A stretch of DNA of 37,382 nt from Acidobacteriota bacterium (lineage in GTDB: Bacteria; Acidobacteriota; Holophagae; Thermotomaculales; Thermotomaculaceae). Below the pieces are notes generated by a model, which had not been told where the DNA came from, ran no database searches, and was given only the letters and a program-made list of their open reading frames with translations. Positions 1 to 7,031 of this stretch are shown here, piece by piece. The stretch is taken from assembly GCA_003650445.1 (NCBI GenBank), contig QMQE01000001.1, forward strand, positions 1 to 37,382. Reading direction: 5' to 3'. The position numbers were made by a program, and so were the translations under genes. Position 1 is the stretch's first letter. Each line of letters begins with the position of its first letter.

Positions 1-70
1 AATTCAGCGTACTCCGGTAATCATTCTTGTCAGACATACAACAACCTCCACGTCGTCCTTAAACAAAGCA

Positions 71-282
71 GAATTGTATCACATCGAACGGCGTATGCAC
101 GCCGTTCGTGCGAGTGAAAGTGCAAGTGTGTGAGAGAGCATGGGTGACAGAGTGGGGAAAGCCAGAAAGTATCCCTTCCTTTTCCCCACTCAACCTGAAC
201 CTCAACCTTGCCCGGCCTTGCCTTTGTCCCTTCCCCGCTCAACCTGAACCTCAACCTTGTCCGGCCTTGCCTTTTCTTATGT
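71..282 (+). repeat. Modular intergenic element, copy 1 (hairpin, GTGCRAGTG array, two 49-bp AACCTN-array units)
   Basis: Modules in order: GAATTGTAT (71-79); hairpin CGAACGGCG/CGCCGTTCG with a 6-nt loop (85-108); gtgcgagtgaaagtgcaagtgtgtgagagag (108-138); GAGAGAG..GACAGAG..GGGGA (132-158). Two tandem 49-bp units follow (184-232 and 233-281), matching at 40 of the first 42 positions. Each unit contains AACCTG-AACCTC-AACCTT followed by G(C/T)CCGGCCTTGCC. The element ends with TTATGT (277-282), 31 nt before ATG 314. The same modules recur at other loci in the window. Confidence 0.75.
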
Positions 283-313
283 GATACCATTGATAGAAAA
301 GATGGAGGGTGTC

Positions 314-1702
314 ATGAAACGCCTGATTCAAAACGGAACAATTGTCACGTCGGAAGGTTCATTTCAAGGGGATGTGTATATCGAAAATGGCCGGATTCAC
401 AGTATCGGAACGGGGCTTTCCGCCCGATTTCCGGGAGCAGAACTGGTGGACGCCACCGGAAAACTGGTGCTGCCGGGGGCTATTGACGGACATACCCACA
501 TCGATATGCCCCTTGGGGACATCCATTCCAGTGACAGTTACCTCACCGGGACAAGGGCCGCGCTTTTCGGTGGAACCACAACGGTGGTGGATTATGCCAA
601 CCAGGTGAAGGGCGAATCCCTTGAAAAAACGCTGAAAGATTGGCAAAACCGCGCAAAAGGCCTCACCGTCTGTGATTATGGCTTCCACATGACGGTTTCC
701 GACCCGAAAGAACAATTCCTCGATGAAATTCCCGCTCTTTTGGAAGCTGGAGTGAGCAGTTTTAAGTGTTTTTTCGCCTACAAGGGGCGTTTAATGATTG
801 ATAATGACACCTTTGTCCAATTGATGAAACTCTCCCGAAAACACCACTTTCTGGTAAACCTCCACGCGGAAAACGGAGACATGGTGGAAGACGCCACCCT
901 GCGCCTCCTCTCCGAAGGGAAAACCGGGCCGCAATTTCACCCGCAGGCCCATCCGAGGGAAGCGGAGGTGGAAGCGGTGGCCCGTGCTATCAGGCTGGCG
1001 AAAGACACCGGCGGAAACCTGAACCTCGTGCATATAACCTGCAAAGAGTCGGTGGAACTCATCGCGGAAGGAAAAATGCGCGGCGTTTCCCTTTTCGCGG
1101 AAACCTGTCCCCAATACCTGGTTCTGACTGATGAAAAGTACAAACAGCCGGGTTTTGAAGCGGCAAAGTGGGTGCTCTCCCCTCCCCTTCGTAAATTAGA
1201 TGACCAGAATGCCCTGTGGGCGGGACTCGCGAACGGAACTCTGGACACCGTTGGAACCGACCACTGCCCTTTCTTTTTTGAAAGTCAGAAAACACTGGGT
1301 AAAGAAAGGTTTGACCGGATTCCAAACGGGGCGCCGGGGATTGAGGACAGGTTGGAGCTTCTCTACCATTTCGGTGTAAAACAGAATCGTCTTTCACTGA
1401 CTGAATGGGTGGACCGCTGCTGCACCGCACCGGCAAAACGCTACGGCATGTACCCAAAGAAAGGAGATATTGTCCCCGGTGCCAATGCGGATCTTGTTAT
1501 TTTTGACACGGAAAAACACCACACCATAACCGCCGAATCCCGCCACATGAACGTGGATTATAACGCCTGCGAGGGCATGTCCATCACCGGCAAGGTGGAA
1601 CAGGTTTTCCTCCGCGGAATTCCTGTTATCCGTGACAACGCTTGCCTGGCAGAGCCTGGCAGCGGACAATACCTCCTACGCTTTGCGGCGGAGGGATGTT
1701 AG
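314..1702 (+). CDS. Cyclic amidohydrolase, D-hydantoinase/dihydropyrimidinase family (462 aa from the preferred start)
   Basis: ORF 257-1702. The preferred start is ATG 314 (MKRLIQNG), preceded by GGAGGGTG. The metal and catalytic set is complete: DGHTH (HxH), SSFKCFFAYKG (carbamylated-Lys context), VNLHAENG, LVHITC and GTDHCPF. Confidence 0.88.
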   Translation: MKRLIQNGTIVTSEGSFQGDVYIENGRIHSIGTGLSARFPGAELVDATGKLVLPGAIDGHTHIDMPLGDIHSSDSYLTGTRAALFGGTTTVVDYANQVKGESLEKTLKDWQNRAKGLTVCDYGFHMTVSDPKEQFLDEIPALLEAGVSSFKCFFAYKGRLMIDNDTFVQLMKLSRKHHFLVNLHAENGDMVEDATLRLLSEGKTGPQFHPQAHPREAEVEAVARAIRLAKDTGGNLNLVHITCKESVELIAEGKMRGVSLFAETCPQYLVLTDEKYKQPGFEAAKWVLSPPLRKLDDQNALWAGLANGTLDTVGTDHCPFFFESQKTLGKERFDRIPNGAPGIEDRLELLYHFGVKQNRLSLTEWVDRCCTAPAKRYGMYPKKGDIVPGANADLVIFDTEKHHTITAESRHMNVDYNACEGMSITGKVEQVFLRGIPVIRDNACLAEPGSGQYLLRFAAEGC

Positions 1703-1857
1703 ATAATAGACTTTGGATGTTAGGTTAAAGAGGGGAAAAGCGTTTAACTTACTGTTATTTCGCATGGATAAGATTAATTTCTTTGTTTTGCTTCGATTCT
1801 TTCACCTACAACCCAACAATTAACATCTAACATCCTGCGCACAGAGTTCGCCGCAGG
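1694..1857. repeat. Intergenic inverted-repeat structure built on the 9-mer GGATGTTAG, plus a GC hairpin
   Basis: GGATGTTAG occurs at 1694-1702 (overlapping the amidohydrolase stop codon) and at 1715-1723. Its complement CTAACATCC occurs at 1827-1835. The arms ggatgttaggttaa (1715-1728) and ttaacatctaacatcc (1820-1835) bracket about 90 nt of AT-rich sequence. A CCTGCG/CGCAGG hairpin follows (1834-1857). The same ttaacatct..ctaacatcc plus GC-hairpin module occurs at 34562-34600. Confidence 0.6.
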
Positions 1858-1918
1858 CGTGACTTTCCTTTAATCTTCTGGTATCTTGAAGTCGAATTCG
1901 GGCCGGATGGAGGGTGTA

Positions 1919-3751
1919 ATGAAACAGATTGTTGAATGCGTACCTAATTTTTCCGAAGGAAGAGACCAGAAAATCCTGGATCAGATTGCGGATGTGATTC
2001 GTTCTGTTGATACTGTCCAGCTCCTGGATGTGGACCCCGGAGCAGATACTAACCGAACCGTGTTTACTTTTATCGGAGAACCGGATACGGTAGTGGAAGC
2101 TGCTTTTCGTGCCATTAAGAAAGCAGCGGAACTTATTGATATGTCAAAACATTCCGGGGCACACCCCCGCATGGGTGCCACAGATGTCTGCCCATTTATC
2201 CCGGTTTCCAATATCACGATGGAAGAATGCGTGGAACTGGCAGAGAGACTGGGGAAGCGGGTGGGTGAAGAACTGGAAATCCCGATTTATCTCTATGAAT
2301 ATGCAGCAACAAAGCCGGAGCGAAAAAACCTGGCCACTGTCCGGAAGGGCGAATATGAAGGGCTGGCGGAAAAACTCCGGAACCCGGAATGGAAGCCGGA
2401 TTTCGGCCCCGCACGCTTCAATGAACGCGCCGGTGCCACTGCAATCGGGGTCCGGGAATTCCTTATCGCATACAATGTGACGTTGAACACCCGGGAAAAG
2501 AAGTATGCAACCGATATCGCCCTTGAGCTTAGAGAAAAGGGCCGCCCAAAACGGGTGGGCAATATCCAACCCTTTTACACCAATGGCACCTTGGTAAAGC
2601 ACAAAGAAAACGAGTTTTTCTGCGGAAGCTGCGATTTTATCGCGAAAACCCCGGAAGAACTTTTCGCCCATTGCAAAGATGAGCATGGCTACGATCTCCC
2701 GGCCATTCTGGATGAGCACGGAATGAGTACCACTAACCTGGCGGGAAAAGCCGCCATCAAGCCGGGCCTCTTCAAAAACTGCAAGGCAATCGGCTGGTAC
2801 GTGGACGAATACCATCGCACTCAGATTTCCATTAACCTGACCAACTACAAAATCACACCGCCCCACGTGGTACTGGAAGCGACAAGAAAACTGGCCGCAG
2901 ACCGGGGGCTGGTGGTCACCGGCAGCGAGATTGTCGGACTGATTCCCTTTGACGCGTTGCTTCAATCCGGCATTTATTATCTTGAAAAACAGGGGAAATC
3001 TGCAGGCATTCCCATGGATGACATTCTGCAGACAGCCGTGGATTCCATGGGGCTCAATGACGTTTCTCCCTTCCATATCCATGAGAAAGTACTGGGCTAT
3101 CCTGATATGACCGGACGAAAACTGGCAAACATGACGGCAATAAACCTTGTCCATGAGATTTCGCGGGACACGCCGGCACCGGGAGGCGGTTCCGTTTCCG
3201 CCCTTTCCTCAGCCATGGGCGCCGGCCTTGCCTCCATGGTGGCGGGGCTGACCCTTTCAAAAAAGAAATATGCCGCCGTGAAACCGGAAATGGCGGAAAT
3301 CGGCACAAAGGCACAGGCCATAAAGGACAGTTTGCTGAAAGGGGTGGACGACGACACCGATGCATTCAACGCCTATTTCAGTGCATTGAAACTGCCGAAG
3401 AAAACCCCCACTGAAAAAGAAAAACGGGAAGCCGCCCTGCAGGACGGGCTGAAGCAGGCGGTGAAAGTACCGCTGAAAACAGCAAAAGACAGCCTGGAGG
3501 CGATCGGACTCTGCCTCCGGGTAGTAGAAAAGGGAAATGTAAATTCGGTCACCGACGGTGGTGTCGGCGCGGAAACGGCCTATGCCGGACTCAGAGGCGC
3601 GATCCTCAACGTCCTCATCAACCTGCCGGGGATCCACGACGAGAAATTTGTCTCAGAAATGAAAACCCGTTGTAGCGAATTGATTGAGAAGGGTGACAAG
3701 CAAATAGCCAAAGTGCGCAAAAAGGTGCTGGAAAAAATAGAATCCATGTAA
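1919..3751 (+). CDS. ftcD: Bifunctional glutamate formiminotransferase / formimino-THF cyclodeaminase (FTCD-like, 610 aa) with a zinc-finger-like insertion
   Basis: ORF 1886-3751. The preferred start is ATG 1919 after GGAGGGTG. The N-terminus MKQIVECVPNFSEGRD is the classic formiminotransferase start. The C-terminal TPAPGGGSVSALSSAMGAGLASMVAGLT is the cyclodeaminase signature. The stretch between FLIAYNV and KAIGWYVDEY looks longer than I recall for the family and contains CGSC..HCKDEH. Confidence 0.9.
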   Translation: MKQIVECVPNFSEGRDQKILDQIADVIRSVDTVQLLDVDPGADTNRTVFTFIGEPDTVVEAAFRAIKKAAELIDMSKHSGAHPRMGATDVCPFIPVSNITMEECVELAERLGKRVGEELEIPIYLYEYAATKPERKNLATVRKGEYEGLAEKLRNPEWKPDFGPARFNERAGATAIGVREFLIAYNVTLNTREKKYATDIALELREKGRPKRVGNIQPFYTNGTLVKHKENEFFCGSCDFIAKTPEELFAHCKDEHGYDLPAILDEHGMSTTNLAGKAAIKPGLFKNCKAIGWYVDEYHRTQISINLTNYKITPPHVVLEATRKLAADRGLVVTGSEIVGLIPFDALLQSGIYYLEKQGKSAGIPMDDILQTAVDSMGLNDVSPFHIHEKVLGYPDMTGRKLANMTAINLVHEISRDTPAPGGGSVSALSSAMGAGLASMVAGLTLSKKKYAAVKPEMAEIGTKAQAIKDSLLKGVDDDTDAFNAYFSALKLPKKTPTEKEKREAALQDGLKQAVKVPLKTAKDSLEAIGLCLRVVEKGNVNSVTDGGVGAETAYAGLRGAILNVLINLPGIHDEKFVSEMKTRCSELIEKGDKQIAKVRKKVLEKIESM

Positions 3752-3772
3752 ATCCGGAAAACGGAGTTTGAT

Positions 3773-4666
3773 ATGAAGACATTAAATGAATTGGTTAAAC
3801 AGGTGGTCTCTCTACCGCCGAAACGAATCGCTGTGGCCATGGCCGGGGATGGACCGGTGCTGGAGGCCATCGCAGAAGCAATGAAACTTGGCATTGTAAA
3901 GCCCACCCTCTATGGAGACCGGGAGAAAATCGAATCCATTGCGGCGGGAAAGGGGCTGTCCCTCACCGGCTGCACCCTGATTCAAAGCCAGACAGCGGAA
4001 GACTGCGCGAGAATGGCAGTGTCGGCTGTCAGCCACGGAAAAGCAGACATTGTCATGAAGGGCCTCGTCAGCACTGACGTCTTTCTTCGTGCCATCTTAA
4101 ACAAAGAATGGGGCTTACGGACAAACTCCGTTCTCTCCCATGTGGCACTTTTCGAAGTGCCGGCATACCACAAACTCATCCTTTTAACCGACGCTGCCAT
4201 GAATGTGGCACCGGATTTAGAACAGAAAGTGCACATCACACGAAACGCAATCCGTTTCATGGAAAAAATTGTGGACGGCACACCGAAAATTGCATTCATC
4301 GCCCACAGTGAAAAAGTAATGGCAAAAAATCCCGCCTCCGTTGATGCCGCACTGCTCTCCACCATGGCAAGGCGGGGACAGTTGGGAAAAATCATCGGAG
4401 ACGGCCCATTGGCCCTTGACGGTGCCATCTCGGCAGAGGCTGCCGCCCACAAGGGAATTGACAGCCCGGTGGCCGGCGATGCGGACATCCTCGTCTGCCC
4501 CGGAATTCAATCCGGGAACGCACTGTACAAATCTCTAACCTATTTCGCCGGCGCCCGTACGGCTGCGCTCATTGCCGGTGCCAGGGCCCCAATCGTTCTG
4601 ACATCCCGGGCGGATTCACCGGAAAACAAACTGTTATCCATCGTCTTCGCAGTGGTCAACGCGTAG
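3773..4666 (+). CDS. ptb: Phosphate butyryltransferase (phosphotransacylase family)
   Basis: The 297-aa ORF has GGAG 7 nt upstream. Its length and sequence (IAVAMAGDGPVLEAI, DAAMNVAPD, GNALYKSL, TSRADS) are typical of Ptb, and it lies immediately upstream of buk. Confidence 0.88.
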   Translation: MKTLNELVKQVVSLPPKRIAVAMAGDGPVLEAIAEAMKLGIVKPTLYGDREKIESIAAGKGLSLTGCTLIQSQTAEDCARMAVSAVSHGKADIVMKGLVSTDVFLRAILNKEWGLRTNSVLSHVALFEVPAYHKLILLTDAAMNVAPDLEQKVHITRNAIRFMEKIVDGTPKIAFIAHSEKVMAKNPASVDAALLSTMARRGQLGKIIGDGPLALDGAISAEAAAHKGIDSPVAGDADILVCPGIQSGNALYKSLTYFAGARTAALIAGARAPIVLTSRADSPENKLLSIVFAVVNA

Positions 4667-4675
4667 GGGATTCCC

Positions 4676-5746
4676 ATGGCTTTGAAGATTCTCGCCATCA
4701 ACCCCGGATCTACATCCACCAAGCTGGGCATCTACGAAGATGATACCCCTCGCCATGTTCAAACCCTGCACCATTCGGCGAAAAAACTGGCAGAATTCAA
4801 GCGGGTGTATGAGCAGCTGGAATTTCGCCGGGAGGCAATTCTCGGATTTCTCACTGAAAGCGGCATGAGCCTGTCTGATTTTGACGCCTTCTGCGGCCGG
4901 GGCGGGCTTCTGAAGCCGATTCCCGGAGGCGTTTACGCCGTCAGTTCTGCCATGAAAAGCCATCTCCGAAGTGCCAAATACGGAGAACACGCCTCCAACC
5001 TCGGTGCAATTCTCGCAGACGAACTGGGGAAAAAAGCCGGGGGAAAACCCGCTTTCATCGTCAACCCGGTGGTTGTGGATGAAATGCAGTCCCTGGCGCG
5101 ATACTCGGGCATGCCGGAGAATCCACGGGTTTCCATCTTCCACGCGCTGAATCAGAAAGCGGTAGCACAGCGCTACGCACGCTCCATCAACCGTAAGTAC
5201 AAAGAACTGAACCTCATTGTCACCCACATGGGCGGCGGCATCACCGTTGGGGCCCACCATCATGGCCGGGTCATAGACGTCAACAACGGCCTTGCTGGCG
5301 ATGGGCCCTTTTCCCCGGAGAGGAGCGGCGGCGTACCGACACTGAAACTCATTGAGCTCTGCTACTCCGGCTTCTTTGAACCGGCAACCATGAAACGAAA
5401 AGCAGCGGGAAAAGGCGGGCTCGTCGCCTACCTTCGCACGAACGACGCCCGCGAAATCGAGGAAAAGATTGAAAAAGGCGACGAAAAAGCCAGGGAAGTG
5501 TACCAGGCCATGGCCTACCAGATTGCCAAAGAAATCGGTGGCATGCACACTGTGCTGAATTGCCAGACCGATGCCATCATCCTCACCGGTGGGCTGGCTC
5601 ACAGCAAAATGCTCACCGACTGGATTGATGAAATGGTGAATAAACTGGCTGAAATTGTCATCTACCCCGGTGAAGACGAACTCCTCGCCATGGTTGAAGG
5701 CACCCTGAAAGCCATCCACGGCGAAACCCCGATTCAGACCTACTGA
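4676..5746 (+). CDS. buk: Butyrate (branched/short-chain acyl) kinase
   Basis: The 356-aa ORF begins KILAINPGSTSTKLGIYED, the ASKHA-family butyrate kinase N-terminus. It also contains THMGGGITVGAH and ILTGGLAHS, and starts 10 nt after the ptb stop. Confidence 0.92.
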   Translation: MALKILAINPGSTSTKLGIYEDDTPRHVQTLHHSAKKLAEFKRVYEQLEFRREAILGFLTESGMSLSDFDAFCGRGGLLKPIPGGVYAVSSAMKSHLRSAKYGEHASNLGAILADELGKKAGGKPAFIVNPVVVDEMQSLARYSGMPENPRVSIFHALNQKAVAQRYARSINRKYKELNLIVTHMGGGITVGAHHHGRVIDVNNGLAGDGPFSPERSGGVPTLKLIELCYSGFFEPATMKRKAAGKGGLVAYLRTNDAREIEEKIEKGDEKAREVYQAMAYQIAKEIGGMHTVLNCQTDAIILTGGLAHSKMLTDWIDEMVNKLAEIVIYPGEDELLAMVEGTLKAIHGETPIQTY

Positions 5747-5773
5747 GCGTGGGCGTGAGGGGACGAACCCGCA

Positions 5774-5792
5774 CTGCCGCCTTCAGCGGCAG
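5774..5792 (+). terminator. Weak hairpin downstream of buk
   Basis: CTGCCGC-cttca-GCGGCAG lies 28 nt after the buk stop. No T-run follows, so terminator function is uncertain. Confidence 0.3.
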
Positions 5793-5889
5793 CACGGAAC
5801 TTTCCCCGAAGCGTCGCTTTTGAGCAAGCTCATCACTTTGCTTCGCGGCAAGTTCCTATTTCAAAAACCCAGTTTTTGAAATGCGGGTT

Positions 5890-6260
5890 CTATGTGGATA
5901 CTTAACAGTACAAGAACCCCATCCCCTCCCTTTCCATTGACGCTCAAGTCCCGGGCCATCTGCACGCGTTTACTCCCTCCGCTCCTCGTCGCGTACGCAT
6001 GTACTGCTCCTCCTTCGTTTCAGTCGCAAACGCACACATCTGGCCCAATCCGTCGCGTCTCGATCCCCTGGTTGGTGCGCTCAACTGAAGTTTCGCTCCC
6101 GCCCGGGACCGAAGTAAGGAATTGTATACTTTTAATTTAAGTTCCCAGTCCGGGCTGCTTCGCAGGCCTGGAAAAGAGAGAGAAAGACAGAGACTGAGCA
6201 AAACGGGGATTGGCACCGCAATGCCTGTCCCTTATTCCCCTGGTTTGCGAGGATGTTTTC
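5890..6260. repeat. Degenerate, apparently back-to-back copies of the modular intergenic element
   Basis: The 6119-6240 part is in the same orientation as copy 1. It has GAATTGTAT (6119-6127), a hairpin around 6148-6170, GAGAGAG (6176-6182), GACAGAG (6186-6192), GGGGA (6205-6209) and tgtcccttattcccc (6226-6240, compare 225-239). The 5890-6118 part is pyrimidine-rich with recurring GTCGC/CGCAC motifs. It also carries acaagaacc, resembling the reverse orientation seen at 34470-34525. The similarity here is loose. Confidence 0.45.
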
Positions 6261-6315
6261 TGGGGCCGATTCAGGAAATTTCATAGAATGGTCAATTCAG
6301 AAATGGAGGGGAAAC

Positions 6316-6423
6316 ATGATGACATGTGTCGGTCAGGTTTTGCAGAGTTATTCAACAGTCCCACTGTCCCCTATAATCGCCTATCTGATAGCTTTTGTTG
6401 TGCTTTCGTGCTTTTCAGAATAA
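6316..6423 (+). CDS. Candidate 35-aa small hydrophobic protein (MMTCVGQVLQSYSTVPLSPIIAYLIAFVVLSCFSE)
   Basis: This ORF is below the ORF-track cutoff. ATG 6316 follows ATGGAGGGG (GGAGG at 6305-6309), the same SD flavour as the two upstream operon genes. The C-terminal half is hydrophobic. The stop TAA (6421-6423) lies exactly where the AT-rich islet begins. Confidence 0.25.
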   Translation: MMTCVGQVLQSYSTVPLSPIIAYLIAFVVLSCFSE

Positions 6424-7031
6424 GGCTCTTTTTTTTAAATTTTCAATCTTAAAACCAATATTTTCGAAATACTCTTTATCTACTCTATTAAGTTGTGGAG
6501 TTGCTAAAATTAACAAATGCTTTGCTCTAGAAAATGCAACATAACCATATCTTTTGTATTCATTTTCTAAATCGTTATTTGCCGTATCATTAAACCAATG
6601 TTTCCAATAGCCCCCTAGACTATGGCCATCTAAGGAACTTTCAAATAAGGCATATGCTTTTGTTTTACTTTTCCCATCTATACTCTTATCACTATAAGTG
6701 AACCATTCAATAAACCGATTTGCTTTTTTGCTTGGGAATTCTTTACCCAATGCAATGATTCCAGGTAATCCAACATATCGGATAAACGCTTTTTCCCATC
6801 AGGAGCAAGAATTTTCAACTGGGTAGTAGCACTAACCACTTGACTGTTTTCTTTCTTTAATTTGGATTTAAGATATTTCCAATAGTTACGCGTTTTGGAA
6901 TAATCATTTTGATCAGTCAGCACCGCGACAATATCCAACACTGAAAACCACCACTTTGAGTTTTTTTCGTCCCAGATTGCACGAACTTCGCTGTTGTCAA
7001 AAAAACGTATGGATATTTTTTCTTCATTCAT
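6415..7031 (-). pseudogene. Frameshifted Bro-N domain (phage antirepressor-like) gene in an AT-rich islet
   Basis: ORF 6678-7031 (IRFFDNSEVRAIWDEKNSKWWFSVLDIVAVLT..YWKYLKSKLKKE..QLKILAPDGKKRLSDM) reads as a Bro-N domain. The expected continuation (LPGIIALGKEFPSKKANRFIEWF) is in the frame of ORF 6415-6750, so a frame switch near 6760-6775 is needed. The C-terminus has YVAFSRAKHLLILA, which resembles the last motif of UvrD-type helicases. Confidence 0.6.

Noticed and set aside
1-5. Window begins with AATTC (half an EcoRI site), suggesting a cloning boundary
   Set aside because: Several internal GAATTC sites exist, and the other end does not finish with the complementary half-site. It cannot be evaluated and has no biological meaning.
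184-281. Tandem repeats as a possible CRISPR array
   Set aside because: There are only two directly abutting 49-bp units with no spacers, no cas genes in the window, and internal hexamer periodicity unlike CRISPR repeats.
30-486. Track ORFs 30-290 (-) and 208-486 (+) overlapping the repeats
   Set aside because: These are translations of the repeat (LNLNLNL, RLRFRLS, VEVQVE low complexity). They have no SD and overlap the well-supported amidohydrolase gene.
1715-1835. Integron attC-like site (GTTAGGT fits GTTRRRY and ATCTAAC fits RYYYAAC)
   Set aside because: The polarity is wrong: here the GTT arm is 5' and the AAC arm is 3' on either strand, whereas attC is RYYYAAC...GTTRRRY. There is also no intI integrase or cassette array.
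1703-1918. THF or ZTP riboswitch upstream of the folate-dependent FTCD gene
   Set aside because: I could not find the conserved cores I remember for these riboswitches, for example the ZTP CCGCCUGGGC-type 3' element. A cmscan would be needed for certainty.
4634-5719. 361-aa antisense ORF opposite buk, and similar long antisense ORFs (2144-3154, 10646-11215, 22750-23319, 28816-29403, 31645-32388)
   Set aside because: Each lies entirely inside a strongly recognisable gene on the other strand. Their composition is low-information (Gly/Arg/Pro/Val-rich), and I found no recognisable motif in their listed translations. They are typical shadow ORFs.
5759-5767. tmRNA-like 5' end GGGGACGAA
   Set aside because: There is no GAUUCGAC, no tag reading frame, and no tRNA-like 3' end (GGUUCGA..CCACCA) downstream.
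6147-6156. RNase P RNA P4-like AGTCCGGGCT
   Set aside because: Only this 10-mer matches. The GAGGAAAG prefix is absent, and no ACAGAACCCGGCUUA-type partner lies downstream in the right order.
6211-6225. Sigma-54 promoter TGGCAC-n-TGC
   Set aside because: The GG-to-GC spacing is one nucleotide short of the strict -24/-12 geometry. The sequence is equally explained as a GGCA..TGCC hairpin.
5892-6452. Track ORFs 5892-6140 (+), 5944-6216 (-) and 6210-6452 (+) as real genes
   Set aside because: Their translations are Pro/Ser/Leu/Arg-rich and low-complexity, they have no SD, and they coincide with repeat modules.
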